NCBI GenBank assembly: GCA_030167145.1
Contig: CP126532.1
Coordinates: forward strand, 1,650,001-1,682,000
Reading direction: 5' to 3'
Length of the DNA: 32,000 nucleotides
Source: Ktedonobacterales bacterium
GTDB lineage: Bacteria > Chloroflexota > Ktedonobacteria > Ktedonobacterales > JADMIN01
This document shows positions 17,198 to 27,812 of this stretch, in pieces. The first letter of the stretch is position 1, and each line of letters starts with the position of its first letter. The notes below the pieces were generated by a model, which was not told where the DNA came from, did no database searches, and worked only from the letters and a program-made list of their open reading frames with translations. A program made the translations under genes and the position numbers.

Positions 17198-17906
17198 CTA
17201 CTCTTCGGACAGCGTGTCCTCATTTGTCTCAGACTGATCTACAGGCACTTCACTAGCATTGCCAGGAGCACGGTATATCCAGTTTGCCTCCATTTTGGCG
17301 TAACCAGCAGGGGTAACACTCGCTGTTATGGTTCTTCGACTGGTTTCAGAGCGACCGGAAAAGCTCCAATCCTCTCGCTGAAGCTGAGCGCCCACCACTT
17401 TGACGAAGCGAAATGGCCTTGGGGCTATGCCCTTCTCTGCGTCGGACGGCCGGTTGGAATCAAATACGAACACCATAAGCCAGCTTTCCTCCGCGTTGTG
17501 CCCTTGCCAGCCGCTGGGGTAACGTGATGCCTTGATTTCAATCCTTTCGTGAGCATATTGCACGGCATTGCCAGGATACGTGCCCACGGGGAACAAATCA
17601 GGATGGCCGTTGTGGTATCCATTCTTCGCGAGCGTCTTGCAAGACTTGGGAATTACTGACATTCATGAATTCGCTGACGATGCCGCTGAAATTGGCGGGC
17701 ATCAAGAGCGATTCCAGACCTAGCATACCCTGAGCGTGCAATTGTTCATTCACAAGCTGAAGAAATTGAGTGGACGATGCCATAGCCTGATGAATGTCTT
17801 CAGTTGTGCAGCCATAGGGTATGACGGCATGAAGATTGAAATTGCCAGGGACAACCAGCGCAGGTATGCATGCCCTGTGCTCTACTTCATCCGCATCATC
17901 GCTCAC
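17198..17906 (-). pseudogene. Putative type II restriction endonuclease (PD-(D/E)XK) split by a frameshift into 102-aa and 154-aa ORFs
   Basis: Convergent with the methyltransferase, with the two stop codons 14 bp apart. The two ORFs (17598-17906 and 17198-17662) overlap in different frames. The downstream part carries GHPDLFP...ERIEIKAS, a PD...ExK-type nuclease motif. The second ORF lacks an SD and starts right after an in-frame TGA. G+C is visibly lower than the surroundings. Confidence 0.6.
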
Positions 17907-17915
17907 CTGACACCC

Positions 17916-19016
17916 CTACCTCTTCACCGGCGCTTTCATGGCCTCGGCCACCGCCGCCAGCGCGCGATCAATGTCGGCGGCGGTGATGCCGTAGTGGGTG
18001 ACGGCGCGGATGCGTCCGTCGTCGCCACCGGAGAAGAGCACGCCCGCGCTGGCTGCCGCCGTCACCAGCGGCGTCACGTCGCCGGGCTGGCCGTCTGCGC
18101 CGCGCACGCCGAAGAAGAGGATGTTGGTCTCGACGGTCTCTGGCGCGATAGTGATGCCGGGGATATTCGCCAGCCCATCAGCCAGCGTCTTCGCATTGGC
18201 GTGGTCTTCGGCCAGCCGGTCTACCATCTCGGTGAGCGAGAGGATGCCCGCCGCCGCCAGGATGCCCGCCTGACGCATGCCGCCGCCCAGCAGCTTGCGC
18301 CCGCGCCGCGCCTCTTCGACGTATGCGCGCGACCCCGCCAGCATCGAGCCAACCGGCGCGCTCAGCCCTTTGGAGAGGCAGAACATCACGCTATCCACCT
18401 CGGCGGCCAGCGCACTCACCGGCAGTCCCAGCGCCACCGCCGCGTTGAAGACCCGCGCGCCATCCATATGCACTGGCAGCCCATGCGCGCGGGCCGGCGC
18501 GGCCAGCTCACGCAGCGTCTCCGGCGGCAGCACGCGCCCGCCGCACATATTGTGGGTATCCTCGACGCAGAGCAGCCCCGTGCGCGCCTCATGGATATCC
18601 TCGCCCTGGAAGGCGCGCGCCAGCCGGGCGCGGTCCAGCGTGCCATCGGCCAGCGTGGGCACAGAGCGGATCGCGGAGCCGTTGAGCCGCGCCGCGCCGC
18701 CGACCTCGTAGAGATACACATGCGAGCGGTCGCCCGCGATCACCTCGTCACCACGGCGGCAATGGGTGAGAATGGCAATGGTGTTGCCCATCGCGCCCGA
18801 CGGCACGAAGAGCGCGGCTTCTTTGCCGACCGTCTCCGCCGCCAGTTCTTCCAGGCGGTTGACGGTGGGATCTTCGCCATACACGTCGTCGCCGACCTCG
18901 GCGCGGTACATCGCTTCGCGCATCGCGGGGGTGGGATGGGTCACGGTATCGCTGCGCAGATCAATCTTGGGGCCACCGGCCAGCGCGCCAACGCGCGCCT
19001 CGTAACTGCTGGACAT
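17916..19016 (-). CDS. ltaE: Low-specificity L-threonine aldolase
   Basis: [19 protein letters not shown]...[17 protein letters not shown]...[12 protein letters not shown] (PLP lysine region). ATG at 19016 is preferred (AGAGGAAG upstream). An alternative ATG lies at 19037. Confidence 0.88.
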   Translation of the reverse strand: MSSSYEARVGALAGGPKIDLRSDTVTHPTPAMREAMYRAEVGDDVYGEDPTVNRLEELAAETVGKEAALFVPSGAMGNTIAILTHCRRGDEVIAGDRSHVYLYEVGGAARLNGSAIRSVPTLADGTLDRARLARAFQGEDIHEARTGLLCVEDTHNMCGGRVLPPETLRELAAPARAHGLPVHMDGARVFNAAVALGLPVSALAAEVDSVMFCLSKGLSAPVGSMLAGSRAYVEEARRGRKLLGGGMRQAGILAAAGILSLTEMVDRLAEDHANAKTLADGLANIPGITIAPETVETNILFFGVRGADGQPGDVTPLVTAAASAGVLFSGGDDGRIRAVTHYGITAADIDRALAAVAEAMKAPVKR

Positions 19017-19121
19017 GGGGAACACTTCCTCTGGCATGAATGGCGACGCGCCGGTTTGGCGGCAGCATCACAACAGGAGACATTGCCAGAAAGTGTAGCA
19101 CAGGCAAACCACGCTGAACCC

Positions 19122-19161
19122 ACAAAAAATCGGCCCAGCGGGAGGGCATCCCACCGGACCG
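19122..19161 (-). terminator. Candidate intrinsic terminator downstream of the HU gene
   Basis: On the minus strand an imperfect GC-rich hairpin (CGGTCCGGTGGGA...TCCCGCTGGGCCG) is followed by ATTTTTTG. A second small hairpin lies at 19162-19180. Confidence 0.45.
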
Positions 19162-19181
19162 AGGCTTCCCCGAGCGGGGAG

Positions 19182-19505
19182 CTACTTCTTGCCCTTCGCG
19201 GCAGGCTTGGCCGGAGACATCTTCACCTTTGCCACCGCGTCGGTCAGTTCTTTGCCCGCGGCAAACTTGACACGGTTGCGCGCAGGCACCGTGATCTTCT
19301 CGCGGGTCTGCGGATTGACGCGCACGCTCTCGGCGGTCTCTTTGACGCTGAAGACGCCGAAGCCGACGAGGCGCACGGTCTCGCCGTGTTCGAGGGACTC
19401 GCGGATCGCCTCGAGGGTCGCATTCACGAATTCGGTGGACTCTTTGGCGCTCTTGTTGGCCTTGGTTGCCACCAACTTGATCAGATCTTGTCGGCCGACT
19501 GGCAT
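19182..19505 (-). CDS. hup: HU-family nucleoid-associated DNA-binding protein with a short Lys/Ala/Pro tail
   Basis: MPVGRQDLIKLVATKANKSAKESTEFVNATLEAIRESLEHGETVRLVGFGVFSVKE...RVNPQTREKITVPARNRVKFAAGKEL is the canonical HU/IHF fold. GAGGAGG lies upstream of the ATG at 19505. The track ORF extends spuriously to 19673. Confidence 0.92.
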   Translation of the reverse strand: MPVGRQDLIKLVATKANKSAKESTEFVNATLEAIRESLEHGETVRLVGFGVFSVKETAESVRVNPQTREKITVPARNRVKFAAGKELTDAVAKVKMSPAKPAAKGKK

Positions 19506-19657
19506 GGAATTCGCCTCCTCAAATGCTGTGCGGGCACTCACGATGAATGGCCGCTCATCTGGCGGATACACGCAATGGGAACCGCCCCAGGCGCATCGCG
19601 CCTCCTCGCGGGTGCGTACTCGCCGGTCGCAAGCATAGCACCGAATGCGGCCAGTAA

Positions 19658-21166
<1,509 letters not shown>

Positions 21167-21168
21167 CC

Positions 21169-22392
21169 ATGGACAAAGCCACCGTGCGTGACATTGACGT
21201 GCGGGGCAAGCGTGTGCTGGAGCGTGTGGACTTCAACGTGCCGCTCGATGAGCGCGGCGCGATTACCGATGACACGCGCATCCGTGCCTCGCTGCCCACG
21301 ATCCAGTATCTGCTGGACGCTGGCGCATCTGTCGTGCTGATGAGCCACCTGGGCCGCCCCAAGGGCAAGGTAAATCTGAAATACAGTCTCAAGCCGGTCG
21401 CGGAACGGCTGAGCGCGCTGTTGGGGTGTCCCGTGCAGTTCGCGCCGGAGTGCGTGGGTGCGGAGGCAGAACGGATGGCGCTGTCGTTACGGACGGGCGA
21501 CGTGCTGCTGCTGGAAAACCTGCGCTTCCACCCCGAAGAGGAAGCCAACGACCCCACCTTCGCAAAGCAGCTTGCCGCGCTCGGCGAGGTCTACGTCAAC
21601 GACGCCTTCGGCAGCGCGCACCGCGCCCACGCCAGCACGGAGGGTGTGGCGCACGACCTGCCCGCCGTCGCCGGTTTGCTGATGGAGAAAGAGCTGAACT
21701 TTCTCGGCGGCGCACTGGAACATCCCAAACGCCCATTCGTCGCCATCTCTGGCGGCGCGAAGGTCTCGGATAAGATCGCCGTGCTGGATCGGCTGATTGA
21801 CATCAGCGACGCAGTGCTGATCGGCGGCGGCATGGCCAACACCTTCTTCAAGGCCAACGGCCTCTCCGTCGGCGACTCGCTGGCCGAAGATGACAAGCTG
21901 GACGAGGCGCGACGCCTGATGGCGAAGGCGCGGGCCACGGGCAAACGATTCGTGCTGCCGGTGGATGTGGCGCTGGCGGACCGCTTCGCCGCGGACGCCG
22001 ACCGCGTGATTTCGACGCCGGACCATGTGCCGGATGGCTGGCGCATTCTGGATGTCGGCCCGCAGACGCTGGTGGCCTTCGGCGATGTGCTAGCGGACGC
22101 GCAGACGATTCTCTGGAACGGCACGATGGGCGTCGCGGAGTTCCCGGCCTTCGCCCAGGGCACCAACGCGCTTATTAACCTGCTGATCGAGCGTACCGAA
22201 GAGGGCGCGATCACCATCGTCGGCGGCGGCGATTCGGCGGCGGCGGTGGAAGCGGCAGGCGCGGCGTCGAAGCTCTCCCACGTCTCCACCGGCGGCGGCG
22301 CGTCGCTGGAATTTCTAGAAGGGCGCGAGTTGCCAGGGGTTGCGGCGCTGCGCGACAAGGGCGATACAGGCGACAAAGGAGGCGCCGCATGA
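21169..22392 (+). CDS. pgk: Phosphoglycerate kinase
   Basis: [17 protein letters not shown] and [13 protein letters not shown] motifs. The ATG lies 2 nt after the gap stop. Confidence 0.96.
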   Translation: MDKATVRDIDVRGKRVLERVDFNVPLDERGAITDDTRIRASLPTIQYLLDAGASVVLMSHLGRPKGKVNLKYSLKPVAERLSALLGCPVQFAPECVGAEAERMALSLRTGDVLLLENLRFHPEEEANDPTFAKQLAALGEVYVNDAFGSAHRAHASTEGVAHDLPAVAGLLMEKELNFLGGALEHPKRPFVAISGGAKVSDKIAVLDRLIDISDAVLIGGGMANTFFKANGLSVGDSLAEDDKLDEARRLMAKARATGKRFVLPVDVALADRFAADADRVISTPDHVPDGWRILDVGPQTLVAFGDVLADAQTILWNGTMGVAEFPAFAQGTNALINLLIERTEEGAITIVGGGDSAAAVEAAGAASKLSHVSTGGGASLEFLEGRELPGVAALRDKGDTGDKGGAA

Positions 22393-23171
22393 GCGGTTCC
22401 ACGGTCCGGCGCGTGCCGATTATCGCGGGCAACTGGAAGATGAATCTCGGCCCGACGGAGGCGCGCGACTTCGCGGCGAGCATCCTGGCCGATCTGGGGT
22501 CGCTGCCCAGCGTGGAGCGCGTGCTCTGCCCGCCCGCGATTTCGATTCCGGCGGTTCACGCCGTCACCAGCGGCAGCGATCTCCGGCTGGGCGCGCAGAA
22601 CATGTACTTCGAGGAGAAGGGCGCGTACACCGGCGAGATCTCGCCGCTGATGCTCCAGGGTCTCTGCGAGTATGTGATTCTGGGCCACTCGGAGCGGCGC
22701 GGCTACTTCGGCGAGACCGATGAACTGGTCAACCGCAAGGCGCTCTCCGCGTTCGCGCACAGACTGCGGCCCATCGTGTGCGTGGGCGAGCGTTTGGAAG
22801 ACCGCGACGCGAACCTGACCGAGCGGGTGATTACGACGCAGGTGCAGGGCAGCCTTGCTGGTCTGCCCGCTGAGCGCCTGGGCGAATTAGTCGTGGCCTA
22901 CGAGCCGATCTGGGCCATTGGCACGGGCCGCGCCGCGACAGCACAAGATGCCGCCGATGTGGTGGCGATCATCCGTGCGCTGCTCGTCGAGATGTACGGC
23001 GCGGTGGCAGCGGGCCAGGTGCGCGTGCAATATGGGGGCAGCGTGACTGCGGCGAACATCGCCGAGTTCGCCGCCAATCCCGATATTGACGGCGCGCTGG
23101 TCGGTGGGGCGAGCCTCAAGCCGGAGTTTGTGGAGATCGTGCGCAAGACGGCGGCGGTGAAGGGCGCGTGA
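22389..23171 (+). CDS. tpiA: Triosephosphate isomerase
   Basis: [27 protein letters not shown] and YGGSV motifs. ATGA overlap with the pgk stop. Confidence 0.96.
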   Translation: MSGSTVRRVPIIAGNWKMNLGPTEARDFAASILADLGSLPSVERVLCPPAISIPAVHAVTSGSDLRLGAQNMYFEEKGAYTGEISPLMLQGLCEYVILGHSERRGYFGETDELVNRKALSAFAHRLRPIVCVGERLEDRDANLTERVITTQVQGSLAGLPAERLGELVVAYEPIWAIGTGRAATAQDAADVVAIIRALLVEMYGAVAAGQVRVQYGGSVTAANIAEFAANPDIDGALVGGASLKPEFVEIVRKTAAVKGA

Positions 23172-23205
23172 GGGCAAGTGAGGGCGAGTGAAATAGCGGC
23201 GAGGT

Positions 23206-24111
23206 TTAGTTGAGCTTGGCGCTCAACTCACGAATCTCGCGGAGCCGCTTGCGCAAGCGGCTGATTTCCGGCGCGTGGGGGGCGCGTTCCGCATATGCCG
23301 CCAGGTCAGCGGCGGCCAGCAGGGTCTCGCCGAGCGCCAGCCGCAGCAGGCCACGGTCACGCAGTTCTTCGGCCAGATCGGGGCGCAGCGTCACTAGTCG
23401 GTCGGTTGCCGCCAGCGCCAGCGCCGAATCACCCTTGCGCAGATAGATAGTCTTGAGGTTGCGCAGCATCCGCGTGAGGATGGCGCGGGTCGTCACCGGC
23501 GCGAACCAGCTCGCGTCTACCAATGGCCCGCCCGCCTGCTCCGACATCAAGCCCAGCACGAAGCGGCGGCAGGTGGCATAATCCATGATCACAGCGTGCG
23601 AAAAGGCGTCTATGAAGAGATCGCCGCCTTCCTCCTCTGGCAGCGGCCACTTGGCCACGAAATGCGCGGGCAACCCCACCCCCACCAGCGGCGCGCCCAG
23701 CCGCCGCGCAACCTCGATATAGAGCGCGCTGAGCGTAATCGGCAGCCCTTTGCGGCGCTCCAACACTTCGCTTAGAAAGCAGTTGCGTGGATCATAATAA
23801 CGCTCGGTATCGCCACGGAAGCTCTCGCGCTCTGCCAGCACGGCGCGCAGCGCCGTCAGCGTGCGCTCCGCCGTCGCGCGTTCGCATGTGGTTTCCGCCG
23901 CGAGCAGAGCGCCCGGCGCCATGCCCAGTTCGCCGCGTACAGCATCCGCCAGCGCATCGAGTTGGCGCAGCGCGGGACCGTGCGGGCGTGGCGGATACGC
24001 CACCTCCGCGAGCAAGAGCGCGCCTTCATCCAGCGCCAGCCGGTCATCGGGCTGGGCGGCATAGGCGCTGAACCGCAACGCGGGGGCAAGCCCGGTCTCA
24101 TGTGCCATCAC
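23206..24111 (-). CDS. SirB1-like protein (transglutaminase-like core plus TPR-like C-terminus)
   Basis: YYDPRNCFLSEVLERRKGLPITLSALYIEVARRLGAPLVGVGLPAHFVAKW matches the conserved SirB1/Transglut_core2 block. A helical repeat tail follows. Confidence 0.8.
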   Translation of the reverse strand: MMAHETGLAPALRFSAYAAQPDDRLALDEGALLLAEVAYPPRPHGPALRQLDALADAVRGELGMAPGALLAAETTCERATAERTLTALRAVLAERESFRGDTERYYDPRNCFLSEVLERRKGLPITLSALYIEVARRLGAPLVGVGLPAHFVAKWPLPEEEGGDLFIDAFSHAVIMDYATCRRFVLGLMSEQAGGPLVDASWFAPVTTRAILTRMLRNLKTIYLRKGDSALALAATDRLVTLRPDLAEELRDRGLLRLALGETLLAAADLAAYAERAPHAPEISRLRKRLREIRELSAKLN

Positions 24112-24476
24112 TGCTGGCGCTCCCTTTCACGCCGTCTCCTGTACTCTGCGCATTATACGCCGCACAGCCAGGAAAACGACCGGGTACACTTGTGGGGGAT
24201 ATGCGCGCAACTGAGCCGTGCATTGTGCGTAGATATGCGTAGCCGGTTGCGGGTGAGCGTTGCGGGAACCCGACGCGCTATGGTGGCGTCACCATGTCAT
24301 GCCAAGTTGCGCTGGGCCGTCGTTCTGCGCGGCGATTTTGCGGCGCCCATGCCGCAAGGTGATCACAATAGGGGAGAACGGCGGGTGGCGCGTTAGGCGA
24401 TAAAGGCAGCTCTCGGCATGAATGCCGAGGGTAATCCTGGTTGGGCGGGTGTGGTGATACGGCGGGCGGCAAAAGT

Positions 24477-24485
24477 TGGTATCAT
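24477..24485 (+). promoter_or_regulatory. Candidate extended -10 promoter (TGGTATCAT)
   Basis: About 40 nt upstream of the 24526 start. Same TGnTAnnAT architecture as the other candidates in this window. Confidence 0.3.
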
Positions 24486-24525
24486 ACGGCAGTGCTGGTC
24501 AGTGCAGACGTATGGGAGAGGATAG

Positions 24526-25596
24526 GTGCGGGTGATGCGGCATCAGAATCGGGCGATTCGGCGGATGGTGTGGGTCATGCCGCTGCTCGCAGCGCTGTTC
24601 GTCAGCGCGTGCAGCGGTTCGCCTAGCACTTCGACTCCTTCAACTCCGTCAACCAATATCGTCACGGGCACGCCGCCGCCGCAGACCCCCGCGCCCGCTG
24701 GCACACAGCAGGCGAGTTACAAAGGCGTGTATCAATTCATCGGCCAGAAGAATGCCGCTAATGCGGCGCTGCCGTACCTGGCGGGGGCTGCGCTCAATTT
24801 CTACTGGTCCGATATCGAGCCCGCCAAAGGTCAGTTCAACTGGAATCTGATTGATACGGCGATGGCTCCCTGGACTTCGCACGGCAAACATGTCATCCTG
24901 CGTATCACCGCTGCTGGCAACAACAACGGCGACGCATCTTCGGCGCAACGAACGCCACAGTGGGTCTTCGATGAGGGCGTGCCGAGCGTGAAGCTCCCTA
25001 GCGGGGCGGTCTATCCGCAGTATTGGAATGCGACGTGGCTCAAGGAGTTTGGCGGGTTCATTCAGGCATTCGCCGCACACTATGACGGCAATCCCGCGAT
25101 CACCTACGTCAATATCGCCACGGGCAACGACGGCGAGACCATCCCCATCAAGGCGAAGAATCCACAGGCGGTGTCGCAGATTCAGGGCATGGGCTACACC
25201 GACGAACTCTGGTTCAATACGATCCAGCGCATCGCAGGCATCTATACCGCCAATTTCCACAAGACACCGCTGGCGATGCAGATAGATCGCACGTTTGTCG
25301 GCGGCACGGCAGGCTATAACGAGGGGAAGGTCATCAGCTTCGCGAACAGCCTGGGCATCTGGCTGCAATGCGACAGCCTGAACCAGAACACATCGCTTGG
25401 CCCACCGTGGACACAGCGCCCGCTGGCGGTGGAGCAGGGCCAGTCCGCCAGCCAGAGCGGCTATCCGCTTTCGGTGGATCTGCAACAAGGGCTGAGCCTG
25501 AAAGCCAGCTTTATCCTGATCTTCGTCGGCGACATCAACAACGCCGCCAATCAGGGTGCGCTGCAATCCGCCGCAACGCAGATTGTCGGTGGGTGA
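24526..25596 (+). CDS. Secreted lipoprotein, TIM-barrel glycoside-hydrolase-like
   Basis: Signal peptide with lipobox (LLAALFVSAC), then a Ser/Thr/Pro linker. NFYWSDIEPAKGQFNWNLID resembles the W..EP..G.(F/Y).W block of GH42/GH35-type hydrolases. The exact start (GTG at 24526 or ATG at 24535) is uncertain. Confidence 0.65.
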   Translation: MRVMRHQNRAIRRMVWVMPLLAALFVSACSGSPSTSTPSTPSTNIVTGTPPPQTPAPAGTQQASYKGVYQFIGQKNAANAALPYLAGAALNFYWSDIEPAKGQFNWNLIDTAMAPWTSHGKHVILRITAAGNNNGDASSAQRTPQWVFDEGVPSVKLPSGAVYPQYWNATWLKEFGGFIQAFAAHYDGNPAITYVNIATGNDGETIPIKAKNPQAVSQIQGMGYTDELWFNTIQRIAGIYTANFHKTPLAMQIDRTFVGGTAGYNEGKVISFANSLGIWLQCDSLNQNTSLGPPWTQRPLAVEQGQSASQSGYPLSVDLQQGLSLKASFILIFVGDINNAANQGALQSAATQIVGG

Positions 25597-25621
25597 TGCT
25601 TCAATCGGAAGGGTGCGTAGC

Positions 25622-26140
25622 ATGAATCCGCACACATCAGAGGCGTCATCCACCACGATATATCCTAGTCGGGCAAAGGGTCTTTGCTTTGCGGCAAGCG
25701 CAATGTTTATGTGTTTCGTGGCCGCATATTGGGCTTGGGTTCTCCACAACCTTCTTATCGCTATCCTCTGTGCCTGTGTGGTCATCCTCATGGGCTTTTT
25801 CGCAATAGTCACTCTCATCACCATTTTCATGGTACGTCCACTCTTATTGGCTACTGAAGAAGGTGTTGAATACAGAGGATTCCCATACATGTTTAGGCGT
25901 TCCGCGCGTTGGAGATGGGCTGATATTGCTTCTATTTCGCTTATTTCTTTGGCAGATGGGCCATATTCTGGGGCCATCTTTGGCAGATATCAACTCGACA
26001 TCCGAGCCAAGCAAGGCCCACCGCGCGTCTGCGCCTGGCAATGGGAGTTACCTAAATCGGCGCCTACCACACTTCGCCTGATCTCTGATCGGTATCGCGA
26101 CCAAATTCAGCGCCACAGAGTAGCAATCAAGGGACTGTAA
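25622..26140 (+). CDS. Hypothetical membrane protein (two TM helices plus a small soluble domain)
   Basis: ATG at 25622. Two long hydrophobic segments (LCFAASAMFMCFVAAYWAWVL and LLIAILCACVVILMGFFAIVTLITIF) precede a roughly 90-aa C-terminal domain. G+C is visibly lower than in the neighbours. Confidence 0.55.
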   Translation: MNPHTSEASSTTIYPSRAKGLCFAASAMFMCFVAAYWAWVLHNLLIAILCACVVILMGFFAIVTLITIFMVRPLLLATEEGVEYRGFPYMFRRSARWRWADIASISLISLADGPYSGAIFGRYQLDIRAKQGPPRVCAWQWELPKSAPTTLRLISDRYRDQIQRHRVAIKGL

Positions 26141-26248
26141 GGATCATGGCGAATCAAATCGGCAGAAACACCATTTTCCCTGGTCGGCAAAAGAATAGGT
26201 ATGTAGCCGTTGGAGGCGCGCTCCGATCCAGCAAAACCCGACATAATG

Positions 26249-26257
26249 TGATAGAAT
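26249..26257 (+). promoter_or_regulatory. Candidate extended -10 promoter (TGATAGAAT)
   Basis: TG at 26249-26250 and TAGAAT at 26252-26257, about 65 nt upstream of the ATG at 26325, which has GGAGG upstream. Confidence 0.35.
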
Positions 26258-26324
26258 ATGAACGGAAGTTCTAGCCCATTTTTGGCCACGCCAGCGGCGA
26301 CCGCTGGCAGACGGAGGCCCACCC

Positions 26325-26939
26325 ATGTTTCAGTTTACGCAAACCGTTCAGCTCCTGCCCGATCCGGGCGAACACATAGAGGATTTGCTGCCCGCGCAGG
26401 TGCCCAACCAGAAGATCGCCGAGGTGCTGTTCAATATCGCCACCATCCTTGAGATGCAGTCGGCCAACCCGTATCGCATCGAGGCGTATCGCAATGCCGC
26501 GCGTGGCATCATCGCGCTACGTGAGCCGGTCGGGCCGATCTTCGCGCGTGGCGAGAAGCCGCCAGTGCCGGGGCTTGGCGAGCGGCTGCGGCGCAAGATC
26601 ACCGAACTGGTGATGACCGGCCACATGACGTTCTACGATGATCTCTGCGAGGAGTCGCTGCCTGAAGATGTGCGCGATCTGATGCGTGTGCCGCATATCG
26701 GCCCGCGCACGGCGCTGCGGCTGGCGGGTCAGCTCGACATTCACTCGGTGCCGGAGTTGCTGCGCGCCGCCGAAGAGCAGCGCATCCGCCAGTATTACGG
26801 CTTTGGTCCGCGCAGTGAGCGCCGCATCTATGAGGGCGCGCTGGCCGTACTCGCCGCGACGGCGAGCGCCGCGCCAGCAGCGACGCCCGCGACGGATGCC
26901 GAGGACGACCCACAGGCGAGCCATGCGCCAGCGGCGTAA
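26325..26939 (+). CDS. Stand-alone PolX-family N-terminal module (8-kDa/HhH domains) without palm or PHP domains
   Basis: NQKIAEVLFNIATILEMQSANPYRIEAYRNAARGI is the signature opening of family X polymerases. HhH-like PHIGPRTALRL and GFGPRSERRI follow. The protein ends after 204 aa in an Ala/Pro/Thr-rich tail. No GS.RRG....D.D catalytic motif is present. Confidence 0.8.
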   Translation: MFQFTQTVQLLPDPGEHIEDLLPAQVPNQKIAEVLFNIATILEMQSANPYRIEAYRNAARGIIALREPVGPIFARGEKPPVPGLGERLRRKITELVMTGHMTFYDDLCEESLPEDVRDLMRVPHIGPRTALRLAGQLDIHSVPELLRAAEEQRIRQYYGFGPRSERRIYEGALAVLAATASAAPAATPATDAEDDPQASHAPAA

Positions 26940-26993
26940 CCTGCCACATTCAGCCGAAAAGGGTCAGTGCTGCTGAACATTTCGCCCAAACCG

Positions 26994-27022
26994 TTGACGC
27001 GCCGGACCGTCTGTTCTATACT
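26994..27022 (+). promoter_or_regulatory. Near-consensus promoter (TTGACG, 17-nt spacer, TATACT) for the downstream DinB-fold gene
   Basis: TTGACG at 26994-26999 and TATACT at 27017-27022. This predicts a leader of about 105 nt containing the tandem (G/A)TTCATCGTG x2. Confidence 0.5.
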
Positions 27023-27134
27023 CGCTTGCGACGACCGGCGCGTTGCGCTGTTCATCGTGATTCATCGTGCGCTTCTCATGCCGATGCGCTGTTGCTGTGG
27101 ATGGTGGTGGAGACGAAAAGGAGCGGGTGCTAAC

Positions 27135-27596
27135 ATGAGCAAGGCAGAGTTCATCGAGCGCATACGGGAGTCTCGCACCGCGCTCAACGATGCCATCAGT
27201 GGCCTCACAGAAGACCAGATGAGCCAGGATCTCGTGACCGCTGAATGGACTACCCGCGACATTCTGGCGCATATCGCCGCCTGGCAGGGTGAGGCGACAC
27301 TGGCGGTGGAGCGCGCCGCGCGTGGCGAGGTGGTGGGGCCGCTGATCTCTGAGAGTGTGGACGAATGGAATGCTCGCCGCATCGCGGAGCGCCGCCGCCT
27401 GCCGCTGATGGATGTCGTGGAGGAGTACCACGCCAATTACGACCGCCTGCTCACCGCGCTGGAACGCTGGCCCGACGATAGCGTTCCGCTTGGCCCGGCT
27501 GGCTGGGATGCAACCGCCGAACTGTGGTGGGTCACTGAGCATGACGGCGAGCATGTCGAGGTTGTCCGCGCCTATCGCAAGCGCGCCCAGGCATAG
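27135..27596 (+). CDS. DinB-fold protein (ClbS/DfsB-like or mycothiol-maleylpyruvate-isomerase N-terminal-like)
   Basis: MSKAEFIERIRESRTALNDAISGLTEDQM...WTTRDILAHIAAWQ...HDGEHVEVV shows the helical bundle with conserved His residues. AAAGGAG lies upstream of the ATG at 27135. Confidence 0.8.
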   Translation: MSKAEFIERIRESRTALNDAISGLTEDQMSQDLVTAEWTTRDILAHIAAWQGEATLAVERAARGEVVGPLISESVDEWNARRIAERRRLPLMDVVEEYHANYDRLLTALERWPDDSVPLGPAGWDATAELWWVTEHDGEHVEVVRAYRKRAQA

Positions 27597-27624
27597 AGAT
27601 AGGCATAGAGACAGGCATAGATCG
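27589..27624 (+). repeat. 12-bp tandem repeat x3 (AGGCATAGAGAT / AGGCATAGAGAC / AGGCATAGATCG)
   Basis: Read directly from the sequence. The first unit contains the TAG stop codon (27594-27596) of the DinB-fold gene. Confidence 0.85.
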
Positions 27625-27647
27625 GCGAGCCACCCCTCCCATCCGTA

Positions 27648-27667
27648 GGGGCGTCCGGCGGACGCCC
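27648..27667. repeat. GC-rich palindromic (REP-like) element GGGGCGTCCGGCGGACGCCC
   Basis: Perfect 9-bp arms GGGCGTCCG and CGGACGCCC. It shares the GGGGCG...GAC core with the 37-bp repeats that follow. Confidence 0.7.
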
Positions 27668-27698
27668 ATTGCTCGGCATGTACTCTCCAAGGTAGCCA

Positions 27699-27798
27699 TC
27701 TGGTGGGGCGGACATTCCTGTCTGCCCGCGTGCGCTCTGGTGGGGCGGACATTCCTGTCTGCCCGCGTGCGCTCTGGTGGGGCGGACATTCCTGTCTG
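27699..27798 (+). repeat. 37-bp tandem repeat, about 2.7 copies, each unit encoding a hairpin
   Basis: TCTGGTGGGGCGGACATTCCTGTCTGCCCGCGTGCGC starts at 27699, 27736 and 27773. The first two copies are identical and the third diverges after 26 nt. Each unit has the hairpin GGGCGGACA-TTCC-TGTCTGCCC. Confidence 0.9.
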
Positions 27799-27812
27799 TC
27801 TCTGCTCTCCCC

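Noticed and set aside
17598-17906. Treating the 102-aa ORF as a separate controller (C) protein of the R-M system
   Set aside because: It has no helix-turn-helix-like sequence. It overlaps the nuclease-motif ORF by 65 nt, and its end reads smoothly into the second ORF after a 1-nt shift, so a frameshifted single gene is more parsimonious.
24649-25977. 442-aa minus-strand ORF
   Set aside because: It is antisense to the lipoprotein hydrolase-like gene and the membrane-protein gene. Its composition is Arg-rich junk and no motifs are present.
27699-27798. 37-bp direct repeats as a CRISPR array
   Set aside because: The units are contiguous with no spacers, there are fewer than three copies, and no cas genes are present in the window.
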